From positions 1-58,574 of the forward strand of contig CACAMX010000002.1 of assembly GCA_902533655.1 (NCBI GenBank): 58,574 nucleotides of DNA, in the 5' to 3' direction. The first letter of the stretch is position 1, and each line of letters begins with the position of its first letter. Of this stretch, positions 49,672 to 58,574 are shown in pieces. Below the pieces are notes generated by a model, which did not search any database, was not told the origin of the DNA, and saw only the letters and a program-made list of their open reading frames with translations. Source of the DNA: an uncultured Bacteroidota bacterium (GTDB lineage: Bacteria > Bacteroidota > Bacteroidia > Flavobacteriales > BACL11). The translations under genes and the position numbers were made by a program.

Positions 49672-51786
49672 TTAAAACTTTTTTTGCAAAGATATGACAT
49701 AATTTCTTCCATTGCTAACAATTGCTGAGGAGAAAAATTTATGGTGTATATCAAATATATTTTTTATGGAAAAATTAATGATTATATTTTTGTTTATCTG
49801 ATTAAAATATGAAATATCAAAAAAGTTAACGGAGGGAATTCCGTCAATTGTAGCTTCATCTAAATTATCAATTCCACTTAAGTCAAAATCTTCACTATCT
49901 TTCTTTCCATTATATGAGTGTGACAGCACAATATAAGAATTACCAATTTTCTTTTTAAAGTTGTTCTTTATTTGAACTGGGGCAATATGCGCTAATGGTT
50001 CATTATTAGATTTTTTTCCAGCTGTATATATTATCTTGTTATCTATTGTGCAGTTATTAGCAAACAGACTTTTCATGAAAATTTCAAATCCATAAATTGT
50101 AATGTTATCAATATTCTTATTCATTTGAACTCTCATAATTTCACCATCGTATAATATTGAGTCTTGATTATTAATTTGAGAAAATTCTCTTGAAATAGCA
50201 TTATTTATCAAGCTCAAATAACTATTAAATGAAACCTCAAATTTATTTGTTATGTAAGTTGTTGCAATTTCATAATTTCTTACTTTCTCCGCACTTAAAT
50301 TGTTATTTGGGACAAGAACATTTTTGTCATCTTTTGAGAAAATTTTAGTCATGTCATCAACATTTGGGTTTCTAAATCCATCAAATAACTTAAGGTTTAT
50401 TACAAAGTTGGATTTGGCGTAGTTTAGTGAAAAGTTTCTTATAATTGATAAGTTGTTGAGTTCTAATTTTTTATAACCAAGATTAATTATGCTGGTATCA
50501 TTAAACTTAGAGATAATAAAATAATCGTTTAGTCCACCACCAAGAGTCAAGGAAAATAAACTGGTTACCTTATATTGGATTTGGGCATATATATTGTTAT
50601 CAACCACATAACTACCGCCATCGGGGTACCTTGTAGAATTATAAAAAGTATTGCAAATACTATCTGTGAGGTTAGCTTTTGAATTTAAAATTTCCACTCT
50701 ATTACTGATGCCGTAGTTTAGGGTGCCTTTTGTAAAATTCTTTTTAAAATCCATTTTTGAATCAATAACATCTAAATCTTCATACCTGTTACTCTGAAAG
50801 TTATCTGTATATTTTTTTTTGTGACGAGATTCGTTTAGTTTTTGATAAGCAGCTGTTATTTGAAACTTGTCACTTAAAATATAATTTTTGTAGTTTAATA
50901 CAGATAGTTTAGATAAAAAATAGTTTTGAGGCCCATAATACCACTTTTCGAATTTTGGCACTCCGTACTTTAAGTCATTTAATTTATCGATTCTATTAAG
51001 CTTACTAAAATTAGAGTTATACAAGTCTATATTCGCAATAGAAAAATCAAAGATATTTTTACTAATTCTTTGTGTTAAATAAAAAGAATGATTTTGAGTA
51101 TATTTTTGTCTTTCGTTTTCAAACATGTGAGGTAAGTCACCCCAATCATCATATCCGTGTGCTCTATTTTTACCCGCTTTTATAAGATCGTAATCGTTAA
51201 TTGATATAGATGTAAAGGCATTGACTTTACCAACTCTATAAACAGAATTAAGATTGACTTTTGAACTATTAAGTGCTGAAGAAAATTCTTGAAAAAAACT
51301 TGAATTAAGAGAATCACTTTTTCTTATTGGACCACTGTTCATATATATAGCAGAATTCATAATTCCAGATCCAAAGCTTACACTATTAGAGGACAATGTA
51401 TAGACATCATTGATGTTAAAATAATCTATATATCTTAAGTTCTGAGAGTGTCCACTTCTTGTAATACAATTATTTAAAGAAATTCCGTTAAATATTAACT
51501 GTAGCCTACTAGCTTCCATACCTCTAACATTAGGGCTCCCAGAGCCGGATTGACTTTTTTGTATATTCACATTTAGCTTGGATACTAGAACATTATCAAT
51601 ACTCTTTATTGGAGCATTTTCCAATTCCTTTTTTTTTATTTTTTGAAATTCTTTACTTTGAAATTCATATTTTGGAGAGATTATCGTTATTGAATCCAGC
51701 TTATAATTGTTTAATATAACTTGACTTAAAACATTATTTGAGTTAGCTAAAAGAAAAAAAACTAAAATTAATTTTATTTTACTCAT
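49672..51786 (-). CDS. TonB-dependent receptor
   Basis: Plug QKSQSGSGSPNVRGMEA..NGI, GFRNPNVDD, NIFD..GRNY, terminal Phe. Confidence 0.85.
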   Translation of the reverse strand: MSKIKLILVFFLLANSNNVLSQVILNNYKLDSITIISPKYEFQSKEFQKIKKKELENAPIKSIDNVLVSKLNVNIQKSQSGSGSPNVRGMEASRLQLIFNGISLNNCITRSGHSQNLRYIDYFNINDVYTLSSNSVSFGSGIMNSAIYMNSGPIRKSDSLNSSFFQEFSSALNSSKVNLNSVYRVGKVNAFTSISINDYDLIKAGKNRAHGYDDWGDLPHMFENERQKYTQNHSFYLTQRISKNIFDFSIANIDLYNSNFSKLNRIDKLNDLKYGVPKFEKWYYGPQNYFLSKLSVLNYKNYILSDKFQITAAYQKLNESRHKKKYTDNFQSNRYEDLDVIDSKMDFKKNFTKGTLNYGISNRVEILNSKANLTDSICNTFYNSTRYPDGGSYVVDNNIYAQIQYKVTSLFSLTLGGGLNDYFIISKFNDTSIINLGYKKLELNNLSIIRNFSLNYAKSNFVINLKLFDGFRNPNVDDMTKIFSKDDKNVLVPNNNLSAEKVRNYEIATTYITNKFEVSFNSYLSLINNAISREFSQINNQDSILYDGEIMRVQMNKNIDNITIYGFEIFMKSLFANNCTIDNKIIYTAGKKSNNEPLAHIAPVQIKNNFKKKIGNSYIVLSHSYNGKKDSEDFDLSGIDNLDEATIDGIPSVNFFDISYFNQINKNIIINFSIKNIFDIHHKFFSSAIVSNGRNYVISLQKKF

Positions 51787-52471
51787 TTAATGATTCAATT
51801 ATTTTTTTTGATTTTAAATTTTTAATTTCATGATTATGATAGTTATAGTATTTAAGTAAAATATCAAGACCTATTTCTCTGTCATTCTTATTAAAATCAT
51901 CACACTTTTCATTAAGAATTGATTTTAAAATATTTGACTCTTGTTTTGTAATTGTGTTTTCAGACTTAATATTTTCAAAATCACCATTTTCTAAATTAAA
52001 ATAAAGATTTTTTATATTCATAACATTTGGGTAAAAGCCTAAATAATAGGTCAATCTAATTATAAACAATAAATGATCTGACTTATCGATTCTATTGTCA
52101 CTATTTAAGTCAAAAGTCATTTTCCATAAGAAGTTAAACAAGCTAATGTCTTCATTTGATTCACTAATAACTTTTTTAAGAAACTCTGCATAAAACAGCT
52201 TCAAAAGTTTGGCTGAGATAAAGTTTGTTGGTGGAACTAAAAGCCGTATTTCGTCTAACCTTTGTAAATTTTTGTTTTTAGATTGAGCTGATTTAATTTG
52301 AATCAACCCCATGGGTTCCAGAGTGTTGATTTTAGTTTTACTTTTTTTTGATTGAAATCCTCTAATTAAATAAGATACCAGACCGAATTTTTCAGTAATA
52401 AGACTGCAGATTACTGTACTTGAATTGATTTTTTTATATCCCAATGAGATTGCTTTACAGCTGTAAGACAT
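51779..52471 (-). CDS. recO: DNA repair protein RecO
   Basis: TEKFGLVSYLIRG, YLGFYP, YFNLENG.F, LKS; downstream of porZ as in other Bacteroidota. Confidence 0.85.
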   Translation of the reverse strand: MSYSCKAISLGYKKINSSTVICSLITEKFGLVSYLIRGFQSKKSKTKINTLEPMGLIQIKSAQSKNKNLQRLDEIRLLVPPTNFISAKLLKLFYAEFLKKVISESNEDISLFNFLWKMTFDLNSDNRIDKSDHLLFIIRLTYYLGFYPNVMNIKNLYFNLENGDFENIKSENTITKQESNILKSILNEKCDDFNKNDREIGLDILLKYYNYHNHEIKNLKSKKIIESLNE

Positions 52472-54736
52472 CTACTTAACAATTAATATTTTTCCAGAAA
52501 TCTTTTCAACACCCAAATTGTCAGAAGTAAAAATCAAATATACTCCAGTGGGAACTTTGTTTCCTTCAATATTTTTTCCATTCCAGGTTGCTCTGCCTCC
52601 ATTGGCATAGCCTTCAAAAATCAAATTGAAGTTCATGTCTGTAATTTTAATATTGGCATCAGTGTAAAGTTTATCGATTGTAATCAAACCGGTGTAATCT
52701 TCTCTAACAGGGTTTGGGAAAATTTTTAAACTGTTTTGAGAGTTTTCTCCTGCAGTTGCATCGCTTGTATATGACATCAGACCTTTGTCTGTGCCAATAA
52801 AGACCTCACCGTTTTTTGAATTTATAGCAATGTCAATTATGTTGTTTGAAGGAAGTGGAGAGTTTTCACTTGTAAAATGTTGAATTTCTTGTACCCCATC
52901 AGCAGATAACAAATATAAACCAGCTCCAAGTGTTCCAATCCATTTTCTATTACCCCCATCAACAGCTATACATTTTACCGACTCAGTATTTAGTAGATAT
53001 TGACCATAATTACCCTCGGTAATTAATATTTGTTGTGCATCAAAATTATAACCACTAAAAACTAGTGAGGGATTATTAAAAACACAAACACCTTCATAAG
53101 TGCCAACCCAAATTTCTCCATTTCTGTCTTTTGTTATACAATTCACATTGTTATTAGGAAGTGCTCCCTGACCTATATTGGTTGTAATTAGCTTATATTG
53201 GTCGTCGTACAGGTTATCTATTGTATTTTTATCATCATAAACAAACAACCCTTTCCCACTTCCCTTTGCAATTATGCCCCACTTTTGATTTGTGTTATCT
53301 ATCAAAATTTCGTCAAAATATAATCCTTCGACAGCTAAATTTAATGTATATGAATACCATTCATTTTGAGGTGTTTTAACAAATAAAGGATTTTGAACTT
53401 GTGAATTTAACCCCCACAAATTTCCATAACTATCAAATTTTAAGTCTGAAATTTGGATTCTATTATTTGAGTAGTATGTTGTATCAAGCATTCCGTTAGT
53501 GTTATTGTATCCAAACTTATTTGAAAGATTTCCATTTAATATTTCTGTTATTCCATCATACCAAGAAGAAAAATACTCATAATTACCAATAGTGGTGCTT
53601 GAAACAATATCTCTGCTATTTGCTAGAAATTGTGAGGAATATTTTTTCCATGAATTATTCTCTAGTATGGACACTCCCTGATAATTCAAATTATTAACAC
53701 TGAAGTTAGAGTGCCCACCATGAGACACATATAATTTAGAATTAGAAAAATTTAAATCAAAAACACTGTTAGAGGACGGACCACTGATAAGAATAGTAGA
53801 TTTTATGTTATTATCGGAAATTTTGATTAGTCCATTTATACTATCAGCAATCCAAATATTATCTTCATCATCAAGGCAAGCGCTTTTAAATTTAGTGAAT
53901 TGAGAATCTTCGTAATAAGTGTGTAGAGTATCTGTAACGTTGTTGCTTATGACGACTTGATTATCATACGTAAGTACAAACTTATTATTGCAGAATGTAA
54001 TATCATTTAGTTTATTTGTTTCAATTACTTCTGAGCCAATATTAGATAAATCATCTGAAATTTTGTAATTTTTATATGAACCGTTATTATACAAAAAAAC
54101 TAATTTTGATCCATTTATTATCTTTGTTACATTAGCGTTAGAGTCTATTTGGACCCAATTATTAGGGTCATTCAACAATGAATTTTCATAAGCTTTATAA
54201 ACCCCCTTGTTCGTAGCCACAACGTAAGAATAACCTATTTTTTTAAAGTCATTTATTTGTAGTGCTTGTCCATTTTTGTATATGTAATAAGTATCACTAA
54301 TTTCATTTTTGAATAAATTTATTTTTGATATCCCATAGGATGCTGAAACGTATAAATCATTATCAACAATTGTCAAGTTATTAATTTTTTTCCCCGAAAT
54401 ATCTAAATTTTTTATGTCAGGGATGTTAGTTGTTGTGTGCTCAAAAACTACGTCAATATTGGAGTTTTTGTATGAAAAAATTAGTGAATTTGATACAAAA
54501 GCTAAATTATTTATTCCAAAATCACTAGAGTAATTTAATTTATTGAAAAGAAAGACCTCTTTAGTTTTATAATTATAGCTAAATAAACCATTGTCAGTTA
54601 CACAGTATATTTGAGAATCTTGATGAAAAACTTTTTCTACTTTCTTGTAGCTGAAGTAATCTTTCCATAATCCAATTTCATTTGAAAAAACAGGATTATT
54701 GACAAAAAAAACAAAAACAACAAAAAATCTTAACAT
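52472..54736 (-). CDS. porZ: T9SS A-LPS delivery protein PorZ (two beta-propellers plus CTD)
   Basis: IGLWKDYFSY, NSNID, IAVDGGNRKWIGT, NSPLPSN, FPNPVR..WNG..TGVY. Confidence 0.88.
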   Translation of the reverse strand: MLRFFVVFVFFVNNPVFSNEIGLWKDYFSYKKVEKVFHQDSQIYCVTDNGLFSYNYKTKEVFLFNKLNYSSDFGINNLAFVSNSLIFSYKNSNIDVVFEHTTTNIPDIKNLDISGKKINNLTIVDNDLYVSASYGISKINLFKNEISDTYYIYKNGQALQINDFKKIGYSYVVATNKGVYKAYENSLLNDPNNWVQIDSNANVTKIINGSKLVFLYNNGSYKNYKISDDLSNIGSEVIETNKLNDITFCNNKFVLTYDNQVVISNNVTDTLHTYYEDSQFTKFKSACLDDEDNIWIADSINGLIKISDNNIKSTILISGPSSNSVFDLNFSNSKLYVSHGGHSNFSVNNLNYQGVSILENNSWKKYSSQFLANSRDIVSSTTIGNYEYFSSWYDGITEILNGNLSNKFGYNNTNGMLDTTYYSNNRIQISDLKFDSYGNLWGLNSQVQNPLFVKTPQNEWYSYTLNLAVEGLYFDEILIDNTNQKWGIIAKGSGKGLFVYDDKNTIDNLYDDQYKLITTNIGQGALPNNNVNCITKDRNGEIWVGTYEGVCVFNNPSLVFSGYNFDAQQILITEGNYGQYLLNTESVKCIAVDGGNRKWIGTLGAGLYLLSADGVQEIQHFTSENSPLPSNNIIDIAINSKNGEVFIGTDKGLMSYTSDATAGENSQNSLKIFPNPVREDYTGLITIDKLYTDANIKITDMNFNLIFEGYANGGRATWNGKNIEGNKVPTGVYLIFTSDNLGVEKISGKILIVK

Positions 54737-54740
54737 AGGA

Positions 54741-54748
54741 CAAATTTA
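54741..54748 (-). promoter_or_regulatory. -7 element (TAAATTTG) for the porZ operon
   Basis: TAnnTTTG on the minus strand, only 4 nt before the ATG. Confidence 0.6.
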
Positions 54749-54789
54749 AGATATAAACGAAGATTATTAACAAATTTGATTTATTGATT

Positions 54790-54797
54790 TAAATTTG
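54790..54797 (+). promoter_or_regulatory. -7 element (TAAATTTG) for tRNA-Arg
   Basis: TAnnTTTG 6 nt before the mature tRNA 5' end. Confidence 0.65.
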
Positions 54798-54803
54798 CTT
54801 TCT

Positions 54804-54880
54804 GGCCTAGTAGTTCAACTGGATAGAATGTCAGATTTCGACTCTGAGGGCTAGGGGTTCGAATCCTCTCTAGGCCACCA
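54804..54880 (+). tRNA. tRNA-Arg, anticodon TCG, CCA encoded
   Basis: Acceptor stem GGCCTAG/CTAGGCC, D arm with TGGATAG, anticodon stem TCAGA/TCTGA with loop TTTCGAC, T loop TTCGAAT, ACCA end. Confidence 0.96.
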
Positions 54881-54923
54881 AAGCGGAATCCATCTCATTT
54901 TGAGATAGCGTTCCGCTTTATTT
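54880..54923. terminator. Intrinsic, probably bidirectional, terminator after tRNA-Arg
   Basis: AAAGCGGAA..ATCTCA-TTT-TGAGAT..TTCCGCTTT followed by ATTT; between convergent genes. Confidence 0.7.
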
Positions 54924-54944
54924 GTTCTAGAAAAATTTTATTTC

Positions 54945-55460
54945 TTAAAAAGAAAAGCCTAAAGCAACATATAAAAGGTCAGGATATCCAACTCCTGCCT
55001 TAAAGATTTTAGAATCTTGAGGCTTTTGCTTACGGTACCCAATATTAAATCCGAAATCAAACTCTGACGTTGCTAAATCAAATCCGTCATTATACACTCC
55101 AACTAAAAGATGTGGCCCTGCATTAATTTCAAAATGATGCTTTTTATCAATTCCTGTAATTATCCCAAACCTCAAAGAAGGAATAAAAACATGATCATCT
55201 GAAAAAAAAGTAATATTTAAATAGTTTAACCCCACAGACCAAGTAGAATATATTTTTTTATGTGCTTTGAGTCTTTGAAAGGTTGTGTTTGCATTAATAG
55301 CTATAATACCATAACCAAGTCCAAAATTTATGTTATTAATATTTAGAAGTTGTTTATTATTGGACTCTTTTTTATTTTTATACTTCCCTTCATAAGGTTG
55401 CGCTAAGGCCAAACTTGAGGTCAATAAAACAAAAAGAAGACTTAGAAGATTTTTTTTCAT
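54945..55460 (-). CDS. Hypothetical small outer-membrane beta-barrel protein
   Basis: Signal peptide (ALAQ), amphipathic strands, C-terminal beta-signal YVALGFSF. Confidence 0.65.
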   Translation of the reverse strand: MKKNLLSLLFVLLTSSLALAQPYEGKYKNKKESNNKQLLNINNINFGLGYGIIAINANTTFQRLKAHKKIYSTWSVGLNYLNITFFSDDHVFIPSLRFGIITGIDKKHHFEINAGPHLLVGVYNDGFDLATSEFDFGFNIGYRKQKPQDSKIFKAGVGYPDLLYVALGFSF

Positions 55461-55754
55461 TTTTATTATTAGAAATACTAATGATTGTAAAACTAACTAA
55501 TTATTTTGAGGAAAAAGTTCGAAATAAGGACGCTTAGGTCCACTTTTAAGTTCACTTCATTAGTGGGGATTTTTATTTTAGATAGTGAAAATTAATTTTA
55601 TGACCCCCCTTTCCAATATAATCAGTCAATTGAAAAATATTTGAATTGGATTTTTATAAGTTAAGTCTCAAATTTTTATACTTGTTTTGATAGTTTCATT
55701 TTATAAATTAAAGTTTCAGACTGATAATTTATATTTACATAATTCAATTATTGC

Positions 55755-55762
55755 TATTTTTG
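55755..55762 (+). promoter_or_regulatory. -7 element (TATTTTTG) for ugd
   Basis: TAnnTTTG 14 nt before ATG 55777. Confidence 0.5.
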
Positions 55763-55776
55763 TATTAAATTTCTTT

Positions 55777-57171
55777 ATGAAAATAAAAAATATTTGTTGC
55801 ATTGGAGCTGGATATGTTGGAGGCCCAACAATGGCGGTTATTGCTCTGAAGTGCCCACATATAAAGATAACTGTTGTAGATATAAATAAAGAAAGAATTG
55901 ATTCTTGGAATGATTCAAACTTAGAAAAATTACCAGTGTATGAGCCAGGTCTAGCCGATATTGTATCACAAACTCGAGGAAAAAATTTATTTTTTGATGT
56001 GGACATTGATAGCGCAATAAAAAACTCAGAGATGATTTTTATTGCAGTAAACACCCCAACAAAAACATATGGTGAAGGTAAAGGTCAAGCAGCCGATTTA
56101 AAATATGTTGAAATATGTGCTAGAAAGATTGCGGAAATTTCAACAAGCGATAAAATTGTAGTTGAAAAATCTACATTACCAGTAAGAACTGCAGAAGCAG
56201 TTAAAACAATATTAGATAAAACTGGAAATGGTGTTAATTTTGAAGTGCTTTCCAACCCTGAGTTTTTGGCAGAAGGCACAGCCATTAATGATTTGTTTAA
56301 ATCTGATAGGGTGTTGATTGGTGGTGATCAAACAGAGTCAGGGATGTTAGCAATTAACAAATTAGTTGAAATCTATGAAAATTGGATTCCTAGAGAAAAA
56401 ATATACACTACAAACGTTTGGTCATCGGAGCTATCTAAGTTAGTCGCAAATGCATTCTTAGCTCAAAGAATAAGCTCGATAAATAGCATTTCCGCATTAT
56501 GTGAGGTTACTGAAGCTGATGTTGAAGAAGTTTCTAAAGCTATCGGAATGGATTCAAGAATAGGTAGTAAGTTCTTAAAGTCATCAGTAGGATTTGGCGG
56601 AAGTTGTTTTCAAAAAGATATTTTAAATCTTGTTTACATTGCCAAGTCACTTGGACTGAACGAAGTTGCTGAATATTGGCACCAAGTCATAAAGATAAAT
56701 AACTACCAGAAAATTAGATTTGCAAAAAACATTATGAAATCTTTATTTAATACTGTCTCGGGAAAAAAGATATCTCTATTAGGATGGGCTTTTAAGAAAA
56801 ACACAAATGATTCAAGAGAATCTGCAGCTATATATATTGCAGATTATTTAATTGAAAATGGTGCCGAAATACATGTTTATGACCCTAAGGTCACATACTC
56901 TAGGATGCTTTCTGACCTCAATGATTTAGGAACTAGAACCACTGTTAAAAATCGTGAAAGTTTATTTTACCACAACACTCCATTACCTGCATGCTTTAAA
57001 TCTCATGCAATTGCTGTTCTAACAGAATGGGATGAATTCAAGACATATAATTGGGAAGAGATATTTGATAACTCAATAAAACCAGCTAAATTATTTGATG
57101 GCAGAAATATTTTAGATAAAAAGAAAATTGAAGCAATCGGTTTTGAAGTTTACTCAATTGGTAAAAGTTAA
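55777..57171 (+). CDS. ugd: UDP-glucose 6-dehydrogenase
   Basis: [47 protein letters not shown]; start moved to ATG 55777. Confidence 0.97.
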   Translation: MKIKNICCIGAGYVGGPTMAVIALKCPHIKITVVDINKERIDSWNDSNLEKLPVYEPGLADIVSQTRGKNLFFDVDIDSAIKNSEMIFIAVNTPTKTYGEGKGQAADLKYVEICARKIAEISTSDKIVVEKSTLPVRTAEAVKTILDKTGNGVNFEVLSNPEFLAEGTAINDLFKSDRVLIGGDQTESGMLAINKLVEIYENWIPREKIYTTNVWSSELSKLVANAFLAQRISSINSISALCEVTEADVEEVSKAIGMDSRIGSKFLKSSVGFGGSCFQKDILNLVYIAKSLGLNEVAEYWHQVIKINNYQKIRFAKNIMKSLFNTVSGKKISLLGWAFKKNTNDSRESAAIYIADYLIENGAEIHVYDPKVTYSRMLSDLNDLGTRTTVKNRESLFYHNTPLPACFKSHAIAVLTEWDEFKTYNWEEIFDNSIKPAKLFDGRNILDKKKIEAIGFEVYSIGKS

Positions 57172-57243
57172 ACACTTCAAAAATAAGTCTACTTACTGTT
57201 TATTACGCTTTGATTTAAAAAAAAAGATTATTCCAGATTAGAA

Positions 57244-58347
57244 TTAATTGCTAGTGAAGCCTCCTTTTTTATTAGAAAACAACTTTAGGTCAGCCTCCAT
57301 CATTTCTTTCACTAGAGAAGATAAATTATATTTAGGAGCCCATCCCAGCTTATTCTTAGCCTTAGATGGGTTGCCAACTAGAGAGTCAACCTCTGTAGGT
57401 CTGAAATATTGTGGGTCAACTGATAGAATTTCTTTACCAATTTCAATTTGATAATTATCTTTATTACAAGATTTTACATAGGCTTTTTCATTTACACCTT
57501 TACCTCTAAAATCTAATTTAACACCCACTTCATTAAATGCTAATTTCACAAAGTCTCTAACTGTTGTAGTCTCTCCAGTAGCTATTATCCAATCCTCGGC
57601 TTCATCTGCTTGAAGAATCATCCACATCATTCTTACATAGTCTTTTGCATGTCCCCAATCGCGTTTTGCCTCTAAATTGCCCAGATAAAATTTATCTTTT
57701 TGACCTAAAGCTATTTTAGCAACAGCTCTAGTTATTTTTCGAGTCACAAAAGTTTCACCTCTTCTAGGTGATTCGTGATTAAACAATATTCCATTACAAG
57801 AAAACATGTTATATGCTTCTCTATAGTTTTTTGTAATCCAAAAAGCATAAAGTTTAGCTACGCCGTATGGTGATCTAGGATAAAAAGTAGAATTTTCATC
57901 ATAAAAACCATCTTTATTTTTATTTTCACAAATACCGCCGTAAAGCTCAGAGCTAGAGGCTTGGTAAATTCTTGTTTTCTTTTCAAGACCTAGTAGGCGA
58001 ACTGCTTCTAAAATTCTAAGAGTACCAATCGCATCAACTTGACCAACATATTCAGGAACATCAAAAGAAACTCTAACATGAGACATCGCTGCTAAATTAT
58101 AAATCTCGTCAGGTTGACAGGATTGAATAATTTTGGTAACATTTAAAGAGTCAGATAAATCACCATAGTGTAATTTAAACTTTTGATTAGTTTCATGTGG
58201 ATCCTGATATATATGGTCAATTCTTTGGGTGTTTAGTGATGAAGCTCTTCTTTTAATACCATGAACTTCATATCCTTTATTTAATAAAAACTCAGCCAAA
58301 TATGAACCGTCTTGGCCTGTTACTCCTGTTATTAATGCTACTTTCAA
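57244..58347 (-). CDS. gmd: GDP-mannose 4,6-dehydratase
   Basis: [59 protein letters not shown]. Confidence 0.98.
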   Translation of the reverse strand: MKVALITGVTGQDGSYLAEFLLNKGYEVHGIKRRASSLNTQRIDHIYQDPHETNQKFKLHYGDLSDSLNVTKIIQSCQPDEIYNLAAMSHVRVSFDVPEYVGQVDAIGTLRILEAVRLLGLEKKTRIYQASSSELYGGICENKNKDGFYDENSTFYPRSPYGVAKLYAFWITKNYREAYNMFSCNGILFNHESPRRGETFVTRKITRAVAKIALGQKDKFYLGNLEAKRDWGHAKDYVRMMWMILQADEAEDWIIATGETTTVRDFVKLAFNEVGVKLDFRGKGVNEKAYVKSCNKDNYQIEIGKEILSVDPQYFRPTEVDSLVGNPSKAKNKLGWAPKYNLSSLVKEMMEADLKLFSNKKGGFTSN

Positions 58348-58574
58348 AACCTTACCTCTTTAAAAGTTTTAATATTATTTACAAACCATTTGTAGGTCTT
58401 TTCAATTCCAATATTTAATTCAGTTGAGTGGGTCCAGCCTATATTTTTTAATTTAGAAATATCCATAATTTTTCTTGGAGCCCCATCAGGTTTTGATTCA
58501 TCCCAAACAACTTCACCCTTGTGACCTACAATCTTTTGAATTTTTTTTGCTAATTCTTTAATTGATATTTCACT
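58344..58574 (-). CDS. fcl: GDP-L-fucose synthase, 3' end only (gene runs off the window)
   Basis: Manual translation ..[59 protein letters not shown] overlap with the gmd start. Confidence 0.93.
   Translation of the reverse strand, partial: SEISIKELAKKIQKIVGHKGEVVWDESKPDGAPRKIMDISKLKNIGWTHSTELNIGIEKTYKWFVNNIKTFKEVRF

Noticed and set aside
51779..54736. porZ-recO linkage
   Set aside because: Widely conserved in Bacteroidota; not novel
55517..55543. GTTCGAA..TAGGTCCAC resembling the tRNA 3' end (possible attR)
   Set aside because: Only two short blocks match, with different spacing and no integrase; not distinguishable from chance
58300..58574. Possible in-frame fcl-gmd fusion
   Set aside because: Recounting the frame shows fcl stops at TGA (58346-58344), overlapping the gmd TTG in another frame; an ordinary overlap

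Overview
A very AT-rich, gene-dense core-genome segment of a Bacteroidota (Flavobacteriales-like, probably a streamlined marine lineage outside the typical Flavobacteriaceae). The assignment rests on T9SS genes, TAnnTTTG promoters and gene order. It holds about 49 CDS and one tRNA-Arg(UCG). In order: rpiB, M28 peptidase, an M23-GH3-dxr-rseP-antiporter-ALDH7 operon, sprE-bactofilin-atpZ/I-atpBEFHAG, a flippase/cell-envelope operon, tatA-gatA, a type-B T9SS cargo/PorP/PorE-like module, dxs-asnS-rpoN, an RND efflux pump, mltD, porZ-recO-TBDR-Asp-box cargo, ugd, gmd and the 3' end of fcl. I found no integrase, transposase, CRISPR array or defence island, and no clearly new multi-gene system. The strongest anomaly is at 20029-20382: in the slot where I recall Bacteroidota carrying the trimeric dUTPase dut, there is an unrelated all-alpha DR2231/MazG-like pyrophosphatase, a candidate in-situ non-orthologous displacement, possibly phage-derived. 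Other leads are a 14-bp hairpin between atpE and atpF, a functional hypothesis for the GH3 gene, a Cys/His cluster in the M28 peptidase, a stripped-down PorE-like anchor and a probably leaderless porZ mRNA. All calls come from motif recognition and recalled synteny; no searches were run.
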